DNA of 64,000 nucleotides from Leptogorgia sarmentosa (Eukaryota): NCBI GenBank assembly GCA_964658305.1, contig OZ210885.1, positions 2,604,001 to 2,668,000 of the forward strand, read 5' to 3'. Shown piece by piece: positions 25,901 to 38,402 of this stretch (position 1 is its first letter; each line of letters starts with the position of its first letter). The notes under the pieces were generated by a model. It saw only the letters and a program-made list of their open reading frames with translations, ran no database searches and was not told where the DNA came from. The position numbers and the translations under genes were made by a program.

Positions 25901-28260
25901 ATAAAATTGTAATAATCGCGTGCAGCGTTTCTTTGTCTGAAAGGTGTGAAATTGTTATCAACATTGTTGCTTTGTTTGTGGCTTCCATGAAGATTTCTAA
26001 AAATGGCAGAGGTGCAATATCGGTCACGATTAAGCTAACTCGGAGAAATTAACATGCTTTCCATGCAGCAAGGAATCTTTGTCTATGTTCAAAAATATTT
26101 CTTGTTCGACCTTCATATATCCGTGCTTTATCTTGACAGGCCGAGATCCGATACCGGCATGGGAATCAGAAAATTTACTTGAACAAAATTTGTGAAGAAG
26201 CGGCGAATATTTGTGGGGTGCATGGTCGTTTTTCTTATAGCTACATTATAAACTTCAATTCGACCAGGATTGCATGATACGATTGAATGAATAATTCGCT
26301 TCACTTGGTTGAACCTCGAATTAAACTATTATACCACACCGTATTATAACCCGACTAGGAAGACTTACGATTAAAAACATGTAGGTCCTGTGTGAATAAA
26401 CAGAGAGAGCCAGATATAGCGACACCAAATTCAAGTCACGATTTATGGTAATTAGAAGACAGCTCAATTGGCGTGGCTAATTAACTTCCGTTCCAGGAAA
26501 TTAGTCTGTCAATGTTAACGAAATTTCTAGTCAATTCTCACATGCGAATCAAATTTTTCCCTATAGTCTTCTAAAACAGCAAATATTCATGAACTGACTG
26601 TTTTTTACCATTTAAATAAAACAATCAGCTGAAATAGTCAAATTAGTTAATTGAAGGAATAATAGCTCACGTTACTCGGTTAAACCGGAAAACTACTATA
26701 GGTTGCTATGTTTGAAACCCCACTAATGAACGTCTACGTGATAAGTGATATACGAGTGATAAGTGATATACTGTGCCTATTTAACATTCGGCAAATTATA
26801 CCGAAATTGTCTTTCTTCAGGTTGAAGTAATATCTTCAATCAAAACAGCCAGATTGTCAATTGAAAGTTGACAGTTACAATAGGTCTAATTGGTGATCAT
26901 TTTTCATTATGATAACTTCCAACACTTTGGACGGGACAGTTTTGAAGTATTCTTGCTGTACTTTGCATATATACCTGATAAAGTCTGAGATACGATACAA
27001 GCATAGGAATTGGATATTTACTTGTTTGTATCTCGTTTGTATGAGAAGCGGCGAAATTTTATGACGTGTATGATCCTTTTCTTGCATTTCAATTGAAATA
27101 GGCATGCATTATACGGACGAATGAATAACTTGCTTCATTTCGCTGAACCTCAAATTAAACCTATTTTAAAACCCGCGACTAGGAATTACTGTACTGGTAT
27201 TTTAAATCCGACTAGGGTCAATACCTGGGGTGATAAAACACCGTATAGATCTTCGAAATAATGTACTATTATTAGGCACAACATTAATTTTTGCAGCAAA
27301 GCAATTATAACATTAGGTCTGGTTGATAAACTTGCGGAGTTGTGCAGATGCAATCATATGGTTGAAGCTATAGTCAGAAGGTTGAGAAAAAATGAAGATG
27401 GAATCTTCTCATGAAATTGAAATGAAATGTAATTGGAAAAATTAATGCGTGCAGTGTTTATTTGTTTGAAGGGTGTGTAATTAGGTTGCGGTTTGAATGT
27501 TGGCAGAATATTGCTGTTGTTTGTGTGAAAAATATTAACGTTGAATGGTTTAAAAATACACGGCGTTCTCTTGATTGACGTGCAATATAAGTCACGATTC
27601 AGCTAAGTCGGATGTGAATAATTAGCGTACTTTAAATGCAGCAAAGAATCTTCGTCTATGCATGTTTAAAACAGAAGCTACGTTATTATTTTTAAGTTTT
27701 TAATGCGTACATGTTGGAAGTTATGCGAGTGCTGGGTGGTTTGGAACTTTTACGGGAAGATTTCGGAAATTATTCCATGCAAGTCTCACGTGAGAAATCC
27801 AGACAGGACAAGACAGTTTTAAAGTATTAGTATTCGAATATATAGCTACGTGATTAAGCTAGGGCAGTCAGATATATGATACGGCATAGGAATCAGAATT
27901 TATTCGAAGAAAGTTTATAAAGTTTGTTTTAGATTCAAATAAATTGTAAATTCGACTGAGCATACATTATACGATTGAATGAATAATTCGGTTCACTTGG
28001 TTGAACCTCGAATTCACCTCTGTTTTAAACATGCCGACAGACGCATAGACAGAAGATTCTTTGCTGCATGGAAAGTACGCTAATTTTTCACATCCGACTA
28101 TAGCTGAATCGTGACTTATATTGCACCTATATTTTTTACACAAACCAGAAACAATATTCTGCCAACATTCAAAACCTCCACCTGATTATACACCCTTCAA
28201 ACAAACGAACTCTAGCTGCACGCGATACATTGGTTTCATATTTCAATTGAAAAAATTCCA
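22990..28260. repeat. Mosaic of tandem and inverted duplications of the astacin-pentraxin upstream region
   Basis: About 23020-23320 matches 25070-25230 and 26400-26680; 24230-25070 matches 25490-26400; 23700-24300 matches 27450-28010; 28040-28230 is an inverted copy of ~23700-23930. Confidence 0.85.
23319..23541. mobile_element. MITE with ~80-bp terminal inverted repeats
   Basis: tatagaaagaac...gacaactgaaac pairs with gtttcagttg...ttctttctata. The element is absent from the paralogous block at ~26660-26720. Confidence 0.8.
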
Positions 28261-28609
28261 CCTCCCCAGGTTAGTTGTCTGAGAAGTGCATCAGCATCGC
28301 AAAGTCGTAAATGTTCGTTCTCGTTCATCCATTCAATTGCACGTTAAACGATTAAAAAAGTGTGTATAAGTCCACTAGTGCACGGCGAGAAATAAATTTG
28401 TATTGTAATTAATATTCCACGGCCAGTATAACTTCGCAATCATGTCCATTATTTCTCCCCATGGTTTTTCACCGTTTAGAAGATATTCTATATCAAGTGA
28501 ACTGCTATGGTATTCATAATTTTTATCTTGCTGAAGGCCAAAGTGTAGCGTACTAAGGCTTGTTTCGGTAAATGAACGTCTAGGCTATATATTATTGTTA
28601 TCCCTGATT

Positions 28610-30432
28610 TCCTCTCCAAAATTGATTCCGAGAATAATTCCGAAGCAAAAATGAAGACAGGATTTCTTCTTTCGTATAAACCAAGTTATTGATAGTTGTG
28701 GACCAAGTTTCATTTGGGGCAGGCCCTGTAGACTAGTGTGATTTTCAACTGAGTGAGATTTTCTTTTATGCCAACCAAAATTCATCATTCTGTTGTTATT
28801 ATATTTGCAACCGATAAATCCAAATTTCTTACTATGCAGGATGTAAGTCCAAACATTTATACCAAAATATTAACTATAGCTATGTCCTTCCTATACAAAC
28901 ACATACACACTACAGCTAATGATACCAGGAAATGACCAGCTTCACGATCTTTCATGATTTCATGATATTATTTTATTCATAACAATAGAAAATGGGAATT
29001 GGGAAGATAAGATTTTTGCATTAAGTCAACGTGATTTAGTCAAAATTTGGGTTGGGAAGTGTGAAGCGGACACCTATTTCATTCAGAACCATGTTAATGG
29101 GACCGATGATGCGTCTCTGAATCTGAATATAATTATTATGAATATCGTTTGAATCATTTAGAATACAAGACATGATCTATTGTTTTCCATTCCAGGCTTT
29201 CCCATCAAGTCAGGAATTTATGAAATTGGTAAGTAGAATCAAGCGGTTCCCTTTGTTCATCAGGGCATAGAAATTTCGGGATTTTTGGACCAGGAACTGG
29301 TCCCCATGCAAACGCTGCTAATCTTGTTGTTGTTGTTTTTGTTGTTGTTGTTGTTAGGGGCTGATGCCTCTAAGGCTCCGTCATTTCGCAGAAACAGCCG
29401 TGAAACTTCACACAGCGATTCTACGGGATATTTCCCATGGATTGGCGGGAGTTCGATTTTTGATTTTTTGATTTTGAGTATTCATAGAGTAATGCAGGTA
29501 AGAATGAGATCGTGTCATTTGCTTTATTTCAGCTGCACCATAGTTTGGTCATAATCTGGTGACTTCAGCGTTCCTTTAGGGAATAAATAAAACTATCTAG
29601 TCAATTATTTGAGTTATTGCTGCAAATGCATGCATATGAATAGAAGTGGGGCACTAGCTTTGTGTAGAGACTCCAACAGTTCCTGGTCCAACAGTACCAC
29701 CGTAAGTGTTTCAATAGAAGGCTAGAAATAGTATAGCATAAACAAGAAAATGTCCTGAATTCTCAGAGGCCTGGGATTTTAAACTCGCAACAACCGCAGA
29801 TCTTCAGATGTGCCTATAGTTTATCATATCAAGCTTCCTATGCCATTATAATTGGAATTTAACTTTAACTTATCTGTACTATAATTGTCGTGTTAGTATG
29901 TTTTTGCATGTTCTTGATTTGATTGCTTGGTAGCTACATGGTCCCAACTTTTGTTATAGAAAATTTTGATGACGTTTCAAAAGTCAACTCAGAGTTTGAC
30001 AAGATCCTGTATATCAACCAAAAATCACTGCGAAAATCAGGTGTGTATGGATGATACGATTCAAACACAGTGAAGTAAGAGGTCATCCCTTTACCTTCAC
30101 AATTACCCTTCAGAACTCTGTTAATTGATTGAATGATGCGTCTCTGATTCTAATGGTATAGGTAGAATCCAGCGGGCCTCCCCTTCAGCAGGGCATAAAA
30201 TTTTGAGCTTTTCCAGTAAGAGGCAAGAAATAGTGTAGTATGAACAAAATAAGAAAAATTTTTTATTTGAACATGTCCTGAATTTCCAGAACACCTATAG
30301 CTGGGATTATGAAGTCCGACAGGAATTATAGAACCATGCAACGAGCTCGCCAACAACCAGGCCTTGTCGGCAAACAAAGAACCACCATGATTTTGAAATG
30401 ATTTGTTTAGGATAAATTCGCATACTGTACTA
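28610..30432 (+). pseudogene. Inverted partial copy of astacin-pentraxin introns 1-2 with an orphan prodomain exon (29960-30040)
   Basis: Reverse complement of ~21000-22760. The exon copy encodes [27 protein letters not shown] with AG and GT intact, but the signal exon and downstream exons are missing. Confidence 0.8.
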
Positions 30433-30911
30433 CAGTGCCGGAGCGAAAAAGTGACGGCATAATTTGATTGCGTTTCACTGTTCCGTTTGACTTCCGATTT
30501 GTTATTTTCACTCTGCATAAACAAGAAATTGTTAATCCGAAATAATGTATTCCCACCAAACATTGTTAATATAAAGTGTAGCTTAATGTTAATGGCGACA
30601 GTGTTTACACAACGGCGCCATGTGCCACTCCGTTTTCGCCCGACCACGTTTAGAAAGTGTGGTCGTACCACCACGGCAAAAGTGACGTTTTTGAACAAAT
30701 CCGCTACGGATCAGTGTAAACAGAACCCCGTTTTGTTATTCTTTTGCGCCGTATTCAGACAGATCCGGAGTTGTGTAAACGTAGTCTAAGTGTATAATTA
30801 TAACCATTGGGCAACCTATGAAAGGACTGACTTTTCTGGCAGCCAATCAACATTTTCAGTAAATAATGCCTGATGATCATGAATATTTATTAAATACGTG
30901 CAGCTGACAAA

Positions 30912-31053
30912 GGCCTGTTTCAAACGTCGAACTTTAGTCGCGTCGAATGCAATTCAGACAAAGGACAATGAGCTGATAATGAGGCAAGTGATCTCATTAT
31001 CTATTGTTCTAATTGCATTCGACGCGACTAAAGTTCGACGTCTGAAACAGGCC
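30912..31053. mobile_element. Small fold-back MITE
   Basis: ggcctgtttcaaacgtcgaactttagtcgcgtcgaatgcaatt is a near-perfect inverted match to aattgcattcgacgcgactaaagttcgacgtctgaaacaggcc. Confidence 0.8.
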
Positions 31054-32868
31054 AAATTAACACAATTATTTAACTTTCTGTTATGCATAGTGTGTGGAGT
31101 CAATCAAACACCACTCTCATCACGACAACTATTTCGTACTGAAGACAACAAAAATTGTAGCTTTGAAACTTCCATAAAGTGAAAATATCATCATCTCTAA
31201 CTTGGATGAGTAGTTATAATTATACTATTTCTTTCTTCAGTGTAGTTGCTTTCATGGTAACAAGAATACCCCGTTATGCGATAAAATGTTCCATTTAATA
31301 TTTATACCACCTGTAAATTGTGTGAAAACGTTGCCCGCACGCAAACAGTATAAGAGTAAAAGCAACGCTTAAACTGATATTTAACAATTTAATATTTACC
31401 GATGTCGAGGTGATTATCAGTGAATATTGACCTAGACGAAGTCGAGGTATAGCTATACAACCGATGGAGAATCGTTCTTTTGTTGAAGTTATTTCCCTCC
31501 CCGAAAACAAAGACATACATTAAGTTTACCATTAGGTTTGTAGAACAGCTGATGGCTATATTTTGAATTGAAGGCTTCCCCATTTATTTCACTCACAACA
31601 GTTTGAAAAGCCGCGAGTTTACAAAGCTGTAATGACTTGTGTTTGTCTTGATGGATAATTTGAACTTAGAGAAGATATTGATAAATAAAATTTGAAGGCC
31701 TTATAACATACCTAATTTTAAATTTTTTTATCATGCACTGCGTCATTTAATTTTGTGTGAAGTTTTATAGCCTAGTACAATTACGGCCTTGAGACGAACC
31801 GTGTTTTTATACCACCATACTATTACAAATTTGTGAGACATTTTAGGTTCAAATCGCATGTTTGTAGAGCTATAGAAGAAATATTTTCGTTTTGAGAAAT
31901 TTTGATGCAATAATGCCATGACGAAACTGTCGAGGGATGCGGGGTCGTGCACTTGCAGAAAATTTTGTAATCTAGAGTCTCCGACATAATCCGACATTAC
32001 ATTTTCTGCAAAACTCTGAAAATGATACACATGCACTTTACACAAAAGAATAATTAAGCATCGTTCGAATAAAACGCCATCTTCCAAGTTCATAAGATAT
32101 TTTATCACTGCTCATTTTACCTTGTCACTGCACACTGAAATTAGGGAAGCTTTATAACCAAAGTAATGCTGCATTTAAATGGCAATATTTTACAATATTA
32201 TTTTAACAATCATACTGAATTCTGTCCATGCTGCCGTTTGCAACGTTTAAAAATACAATTATACACAATCATATAAATATTCGATATTCTTTCGAAACGT
32301 AATTTTGGTCTTTCAAGTGCAACACAGCTGGGCAAAATATATTTCATGGCGAGCAGTTTAATAAATTCTCGGGACTGATTCAGAACGAGATGAATTTGTC
32401 TCAATAAAAGTGTGAAAAATCGCTATAGCAACGATTAAAAACAGTAGCTAATTGATCATCAGAAGATGTCTTTCAGAGCATATAAATAGAACATAATTTA
32501 TTATAACGCGCGCGTGTAATATGCTCTATTTAGCATATTCACGCGGGGGTGCGAATATAGGAATTTTATCTCCGAGTGCTAAAAACAGTCGTAAATCCCG
32601 GTCGGAAATATTAATTTTTGATCGATAATGCTAATAATTATATTCTTCATTAATTACACCATATTATCCAATTTCAAAGAATATCCGGGAATCATTTTAG
32701 TGTTTTCATTGTAGTATTTGAATTTTCTCAACAAAAACATGTTGTTTTTCTCTGAACATTTGTTCGCCGCTCTTTATACCATTTCCAGTTTGTTTGAAAT
32801 TCGTTCCAAGCTCGAGAACTTTTTATTTCCAAATAATCCCTTACAATACGATGTGCTGTTATATTAAA

Positions 32869-33355
32869 GGGTTATTGACCGAGCGTGAGGTCTGAACTAT
32901 GAAATATCAGATGGAGTTTTTTTAGTATGGACCGAGCGGCGAACGAGCGAGGTCATGCAATGCAAAAGATTGAGGTCTGATATTTAACAGTACAGACCGA
33001 ACAAGCGATGTCAATAATCCGTTTATTAGCTATATGGCTGAATTGAGTATTTGAGCATAATTTATATGCTTTTCGCGCGAATTAAATCGGCTATCATCAG
33101 TTTCACTGGGTGAGAATACGGTAGACATACATGCTCAATAAAAAACAATTTGGAATTTTTATCTGTAAATTTTAAATTTGAACATTAAAAAGCAAAAATC
33201 TTTTCTGTTTGTAAAACGAAATTTCCCGCCAGAAAAACGACCTCCGGGACACCGGTCCGGATACGGAAAATACGGAGCACGGTACGGATATGGGTTTTTT
33301 ACGGACCGCTTGTCAACCAATGAGAGTGGGGGAATTTTGAAAAGCCATATAATAA
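32869..33355. mobile_element. Long-hairpin repeat element
   Basis: Imperfect palindrome ttattgac...gtcaataa at ~32872-33017 around gcggcgaacgagc; distal aaccaat motif. Confidence 0.55.
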
Positions 33356-33607
33356 ATATTCATAGCTATCATGCATAATTTATCAATATACGTTGATCTA
33401 TATAAAATATAACACCATTATACATGTCACGATATCGCAATCAATCCAGTCGTCAGTGGTCATTAATTTTGGTACAGTAAACATTAAGACCCACCGGGGC
33501 TTTGAAAATCACATCCAATTCCATACTACAGAATAACACCTTTATCTTTTATTTTACAGGCAAATATTAATCCGTTACCTTAAAAAACGCTGGGAATTAA
33601 AACAACG

Positions 33608-36600
33608 ATGCATATGAAATTCCATCTTTTGACTTTTTTCACTGCAAACACTTTACGAGCATTAATTGTTGCTGATGAAGACTCAAATGCTGAGAAAAAA
33701 GAAATCGTGAATTTTTGTTTCAATGCAAGTCTCCAGGGTACGTAGACATGCTGTGAAAGTCACCAAACATTTGCCCACTGCGCTCAGGCTTTTTTGAACA
33801 CACCTCATGACGATATTTGTATTACGTAGGTTACAGACTAAATGTGACAATTTTGATGACAAAAGTGGTTCATGATTGGCTTGGCTGTGTGTTGGAGTGT
33901 GTCACACAGCCATGCTGTCGATCAATCAATTATAAAAAGACATTGAACTTACAGAATGAATCAAATTGTGAAATGTTGCATAATATGGTATACAATACCT
34001 CTCGGAAATTCTTGGAAAGAAATTGTTCTTATGACCATGTTTATTTGAACAATCCTCAAAAGGTACAAGTAATTCACAATTCAAAATTGGACATATTTGC
34101 GCAGGTTATTATATAGTCGAATAACAAAATGAAAAACTAAATCATACTCGTATACTATTGCAAATGCTGCAATTTGATTGGCTACTCTACTCGCTATCTA
34201 TTCCTCGATAGATAGCGAGTAGCAAAATATGTGAATTTTCGTTCACGAAAATGTCTTCTGAGACGCGGTTTTAAATTATTTTTTGCAATATTTTCATGTT
34301 TGATCTCTAATTCTACTAAAACAATTAGATTACTCGCTCTCAATTTCTACGAGATGATAGTTGATTATCACCTCATAGAAATCTCGAGCTAGTAATCTAA
34401 TTGTTAAATAGAAACACGGGTTTTTTGAGCTCTCGACCAATCAACGCCCGTGTTTTTAAAAGGCTTATTACCTATTTCATAATTATAGATCAGCATATTA
34501 TTTGTGCTTAGTAATTTTATCACAAGGATAAAGATGATTTTTATGATATCCTTTGTGTAGGAATACAATGAAAGCTGCTTTGTGATGTTCCTAAATCGCA
34601 AAATAAAAGGTGAGTATATAAATGATAGTGAATATAACAATTTCCAATCCTAATCCGGAAATGACCGAAACCGGAAATAGCCGAAATTGATCGACTTAAA
34701 CAAAACAGAAATATATCGTTGAACTATCGTTGAGCTCTGCATTGGCATAATAGGCACTTAACTTCTAGAAATTGTTGAGCATCTATTATCTTCTGTATCT
34801 ACTCTGTGCTATCGTGTGCATTTCTTGTTTGAAGTAACTATTTAAAACAGTTGCCACTGTGTAGCTGGCCTTGCGACGAGCAGTCATACAGTTCCAAACG
34901 TAGTAGTCTTCAGTTAAATTTACATAAGTGTTTAACTTTTCGTGTCCGAATGAAATTTTTTCTTGAAAAACAATGGAGAGTGAATTAACAACCAATACGA
35001 GCATTTGATTTGTATTTTTGTAACCTAGGCTCCGAGGCGCTGTTGTTTAATGGCAGTGACAAGAATTATGCAAAATGGGATCAAACTCAAAAAGTAAGTA
35101 GTTGCTCTGATACAAGCCTTCATAATCTGAGACATTTTTTTAAGTAATAGTAATTATTTCTAGGTGATAGTTTTTGTATTTCGGATGATTTCCTGAAAAA
35201 AGTATTTACGGTGAAAAATGCTCACCTTCGAACCCTCATATTTTCTGACAAGCGATCAAACTCAATACTTGCCGTCAAGGGTGACACCTTCCAAAGCTGG
35301 GGGGAGGACGGTTGTTTCTGTTTTTTCTGGGGTTGAAAATGTTTCTACACAAGCACTGTCCCACAAAAGTCCCACCCACAAATCTTGGGGTGAGGACCCA
35401 ACGTGTCACCAAAACATTTTGATGATTGACCTGTACATTGCAGTAAACGACCATTTCACAGTCTTAACTCTACCTCTGCTAGGCTCGTTCTGATGAATGA
35501 ATGAAAAATTGAAGTTTTATATAGCTGTATAATGGGTGGGGGTGGGGAGATTATATAGTCGTCTCTTGAAGACAAAGAGGGGGACGAGTCCCCCCATCCC
35601 CACTGGATTCACCTACGTAAATATATTCTCGCGAACGACGAGTGAAAACTATCTAGGAAGTGACTTGCATTGAAAACTACGGGGTGTAGTGGAGGAGGGG
35701 GACTCAGCCCCCTTGTTAAAATTTTAGGTGAAATCAGCTGAGCCTCTCTTTATTATCTTTATTCTGTAATTCTGTTTACTGAAAGTGTAAAGTTTGGCAC
35801 CAAATGTCAAAATTTCACCATCAAACTGCTATCATCATTTCAAGAAAGATAACTGTAGCAGAAGAAAACATGCAGCAATTAGTTGACAATTATTACTCGT
35901 CAAACAGTTCAGTGTACATGTTACCCCACCCCCATCTCCCTCCCAAACAAGTTTGTCAAAGAGTCCTTTGGTAAGTTTCTATTTTATTTCGTATTGGCTG
36001 GGCTTTTTGTGTATTTGTTAATCTTTTCACATTTGCTGAAAAAGATTTTCTCCAGTGATGACGAAATTAAATTACTTTGATTTTATACTTAAGTGAAAGT
36101 AGAAGTAATCCGAATTAAAACAACTTTGAGTACTGGAGGAAAAAATAGAACAGTACTTGAGTAAAAATTATTTTCTAATGAAAATAATTGAAGTAAAGGT
36201 ACATAAAAAGTAAAAGCACGAGAATGTGTCCAGTTCTTATATAGCATTAAGTGCGACAAACATTGGTGACAAATATTTACAGGAATATGTATATAGATTG
36301 CTGAACTCCTGTGTAAAGAACTCCTAACCTGACAATACATGATCAAATTAAAAAAAGAAAACAGCGAATCAGTAGTCGTGAGAGTTCACTAGTCTCATTA
36401 CATGCAAATTGGTTTGCGATAATCAAAATTATTTTTCAGAAATTAAAGAATCAGTAGATGACAGTTTAAATATTGATACTATGATAAAAGTAGCGAAATA
36501 TTCTACCCAAAAATAAGAAAAATCAAGTAAAACATCATTTTTTCCAAGTACAAGGTACTCTGTCAAAAATGTACTCCGTTACAAGCAGGGGCGTAGTGAG

Positions 36601-38402
36601 CGGGGAGGGGGGCTGCGACACCCCCCGTATTTGGGAGATTTGTTAGTACAACTGGAAATATGCAAGGGAAACTATCGGTAAAATAAGGAAAAAGGTATTT
36701 GGTCGGTATATTCATTAAAACTGGTCGGAAAATTGACCAGAAAATATTAATTCGTCGGTAAAATGTGAAGTCTGGTGGCCTCGCTACCGCCACCGGTTAC
36801 AAGCTCAGTTTGCAAAAATGAGTACTCAAGAAAAGTAACGAAGTTCATTTACTTCTTTATCCATTGATTTTCCAAATGTTAATAAAGTATGAAATATGAA
36901 GTGAAAGTAGAGTATGAAGGAAGACGTTATCATAGCAAACAGGATACTTCGGTGATTAAACTTCGTAAAAAAATTAGATAACAATTTGTGATTGAATTTT
37001 TTTTTCTCAGGCTGGTGCAACACAGGGCGGATTGGATGCAATGACTTCATGTTTTTGGATCATGACGGAGAAAAAAACTGAGACACCAACTGTGTTGTCA
37101 TACGCCCTTGAAAAGCGAGATAATGAATTTGTTATATATTTGAAGGCAGATATAAAAGTCACGTTAATGTTTCAAGACAAAACTGTCAAGTAAGTGAATG
37201 CAGTCTGTCAAGCCAGACCTGAGATAAAGGTTCGCTGCCTCTGGCGCTAGCAATTTGACTCGCGGCGACAAAATAACACAACATTCATATGTATTGAATA
37301 ATGAGTGGCTGTGCTTGCTGAGTTGGTGACCGTTTATAATTGCCACAATCCTTGTGCGATATAATACAGTGATGTATGCAGGTTGCTGAATTTGGCAAAC
37401 GTCAGGAGAAGACTTAAAATAATAGAATTACTAATTAACTGTGACTGTGTATAGCTGCCAAGTTAATATGCGTTGTTCGCTTGTCTGTAGTTTACTAGTG
37501 CAGTATTACTTCACAATATACATACAAATGGTAGTCACCGGATTCGAATTGAGACGCATATTGTGATTGTATAATAATTATATAGAGAATAATAGATGGG
37601 TGCGCGGAAATACCAGATATATTTATTTCGAGGTCGTGGAAATACCAGATTTAATTAATGCTTAACACGAGAAAATAAGTCTGGTATTTCCAAGAACACG
37701 TGTATTTTTCTGTTTTTTATTATCTGTTGGTATTATAATATTATTTCCCTCTGTTTCATTGAACTCGCAAACGTACTTTTCATTGATTTCATCGAATCGT
37801 GTGCTCATGGTTTATCAGGTTTCTGTTTTTAAAACTTTGTACGAAACAATTTGTAAAATAGCTGTTAATGGCCATCGCTTTAGTTGCTATGGTCAATTAG
37901 ATTCGTTTTTTTGTGACAACCTAGAGCAATTTAATGTACACGGCAATATACTTGATACATTTCTGTAAGGCGAATCCTCTGGACTCTACAGCGCTCCTAC
38001 TTTAAGATTTTATTTTATAGCACAGGAGTTGAGGTGAGCGATGGAGAATGGCATCATGTGTGCATCACATGGAAAAGTAGTGATGGCAGTGTGGAAGCAT
38101 ACAAAGATGGCGCTTCTCAATTCAGTAAGACTGGAATTATCGCAGGACAGCGCATTTCTCCAGCAGGCATATGGGTAATAGGACAAGATCAAGACAGCTA
38201 TGGTGGAGGATTTGAAGAAGAAGACGCATTTCAAGGTTCGCTGACAGATGTTAATGTGTGGAACAGAGTCCTGGATGCTAACGAGATTTCCACTCTTGCA
38301 ACAGAAAAATGTGGATTGGGAATGCAGGGAAACTATAAGGCATACAAGGATATTGTTCTCCATGGAGGTGTTGGAAAGTTCAAACCATCTGGTTGCTCCT
38401 GA
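33608..38402 (+). CDS. Probably secreted PAN/apple-domain plus pentraxin-domain protein; 6 coding exons, ~345 aa
   Basis: Exons 33608-33737, 33830-34062, 34561-34609, 35029-35093, 37011-37189, 38021-38402; total 1038 nt, open, all GT-AG. PAN pattern CVLECVTQPCCRSINY...CE. Pentraxin motifs [20 protein letters not shown] and GQDQDSYGGGF. The N-terminal signal peptide is only moderately convincing. Confidence 0.88.
34150..34470. mobile_element. Hairpin repeat element; second copy at ~50436-50643
   Basis: tagcaaaatatgtgaattttcgtt...aacaattagattactcgctctc...gtaatctaattgtt is shared by both loci. Confidence 0.75.

Noticed and set aside
30150..32404. ORFs of 60-182 aa in the central intergenic region
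   Set aside because: They overlap duplicated intron sequence and MITEs, show no recognisable motifs and have no consistent exon chain.
29960..33600. Orphan astacin exon spliced in frame into the PAN-pentraxin gene
   Set aside because: Joining it to the acceptor at ~33559 gives GGC AAA TAT TAA, an immediate stop, and there is no upstream start exon.
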